Assembly (NCBI RefSeq): GCF_006345805.1
Contig: NC_043005.1
Location: 108,376,001-108,440,000, forward strand
Origin: Octopus sinensis
Lineage: Eukaryota
DNA length: 64,000 nt
Reading direction: 5' to 3'
Shown here: positions 61,941-64,000 of the stretch, piece by piece
How the letters are laid out: every line of letters begins with the position of its first letter
How positions within the stretch are numbered: the stretch's first letter is position 1
Position numbers and translations under genes: made by a program
Notes under the pieces: generated by a model
The model's input: the letters and a program-made list of their open reading frames with translations, nothing else
Told to the model about the DNA's origin: nothing
Database searches by the model: none

Positions 61941-62859
61941 CAGTGGTTCAGCATGGATGCAGTAAAATGACTCAAACAAACAAGTAAAAGAATATATATT
62001 GTGTGTGTGTGTGTGTGTGTGTGTGGTGTGGTGGTGTGGTGTGGTGTGTGTGTGTGTGTGTGTGTAGGTTTCCACACAGTTTCTTTTCCTCAAATTCCAT
62101 CCCCGAAATTTGGTAAAAGTAAGGCTATGTCAAAAGATCATTGCTCAAAGTTCTCCACACAGGTACCCGATCTAGAACTGCGTGGACGAGAAACGAACTT
62201 CTTAAACACACATCTTTACAGGTTATCATAGATGTATATGCCTATGTATATAACCACCACAAATCTGCTTCCAACAAATTTTCACAATGTTCACTTCTTA
62301 TCTCTAAACAAAAATAAAATTTGTTGACCGGCAGTTAGTGTGGTGAACACGGATATTCTTGTTGTTATTGTGGATGCTTAAGCACTAAGTAAACCTTGAC
62401 TCGGCAGCATTGTGAGGAAAACTATTCTAGCCTTATCCAGCCTCTTTTGCATTGGTAGTGATGATGATGATGATTATGATGATGATGAAGAACAGTAGTA
62501 GTAGGAGGAGGGAAATAGGATGGAGAGGAGGAAGAAGGGGAGGATAAAGATGAAGATGATGATAGGCAGTCTGTTAGATGTATTTATATATTTACAATAA
62601 AGTATTTCTTGTTTTATATTTCAGTAATTACAGTGCATTATATGGGCATTTTCATTTTCTGTGTATATACACAGACACAGACACACGGATACACACACAA
62701 ACAAACAAACATCCCTCCATCCATCCATACATACATATATATATATATATATACATACATACATATGTATATATATATATTATATATATATATATGTGGT
62801 GTGTGTGTGTATGTATATGTATATATATATTTATATAGAGATTTATATATATATATATG

Positions 62860-62902
<43 letters not shown>

Positions 62903-63001
62903 TGTATATATGACTACACAGAGATATACAAAGAAGAATTATGAGCAGTTATGCACACAACCACATAGACATTACACATATATGTGTATATGGTGTATAT
63001 G

Positions 63002-63092
<91 letters not shown>

Positions 63093-63422
63093 ATATAATG
63101 TGATTTTTTTATCTGTGAAATAACAAATTTACAATACGAAAAAAAAGCAACAAGAAGGAAATAAAGTTTGATGTATGACTAAAAAATAAGAATTATCAAA
63201 TAAATGTAGAAATCAATAAGAGAATAGAATGAAAAATAAGTGAAAATCGAAGATTCTACACCACATCACCAGGATAGACTGAAATAAAATGTGACATATT
63301 TTCATTGATGATGCTGATCAAGATGACATATCTATATAACTACACACATGCACACACACACACATACATATATATATGTAAATGTGTCATGTTTATATGT
63401 GTGGGTGTCTATAAATAAGTAT

Positions 63423-63453
<31 letters not shown>

Positions 63454-63601
63454 CATATATATATACATATATATACATATATACACACACAGATAGATGT
63501 GTGTTTTTATGTATATAAATATAGATATGTTTTATATATATATATGCATGTGTGTGAATGTATATATGTATATATATATGTATATATATATCATCATCAT
63601 T

Positions 63602-63633
<32 letters not shown>

Positions 63634-64000
63634 CATATATATGTATATGTGTATATATATATTTTTATATATATACATATATATGTATATGTGTATATAT
63701 ATATTTATATATATATACATATATATGTATATGTGTGTATATATATATGTAGATAGATAGAATCAAATGTATATACGTACACAGATATGCATGTATATCT
63801 ACATAGGACTATATGTGTGTGTGTATGTATGTATATATATGTGTATGTATAATAAAGTGTGGTATGTTTATATTTAACTCACTTACATACACTCAAACAC
63901 TGAAAGACATTGGCCATAGTTGTTTTGGAGACTGTAGGCTCCTCATGGTTTATGTATGTAGAAACATATCAAGTTGGGCTCAGACTGAAGCCATTTGCTC

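Overview
AT-rich, microsatellite-saturated animal non-coding DNA. The SINE repertoire and (TA)n/(CATA)n/(AAT)n load are what I associate with an octopus (coleoid cephalopod) genome; this is inference. I recognise no intact host protein-coding gene, tRNA, rRNA or CRISPR array. Nearly all ORFs in the track are microsatellite or SINE read-throughs. The window holds about 20 copies of a CORE-type tRNA-SINE, at least three other SINE families, and RTE, R4/Dong, CR1-like and Penelope-like retroelement remnants. It also has an intron-containing Tc1 element, several mariner remnants, two piggyBac-like MITEs and a non-autonomous Helitron. The most notable signal is a set of small elements sitting in or beside microsatellites. 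Four carry minimal type I hammerhead ribozyme motifs (5508-5553, 10465-10499, 13591-13632, 38417-38455), and one of these lies downstream of a tRNA-like Pol III head. Related (TA)n-embedded elements form long fold-backs, including a perfect loopless 160-bp palindrome. A decayed Penelope-like RT near 52 kb is a plausible mobilising lineage. Most element boundaries were placed by eye and are approximate to about 10-20 bp unless termini are quoted.
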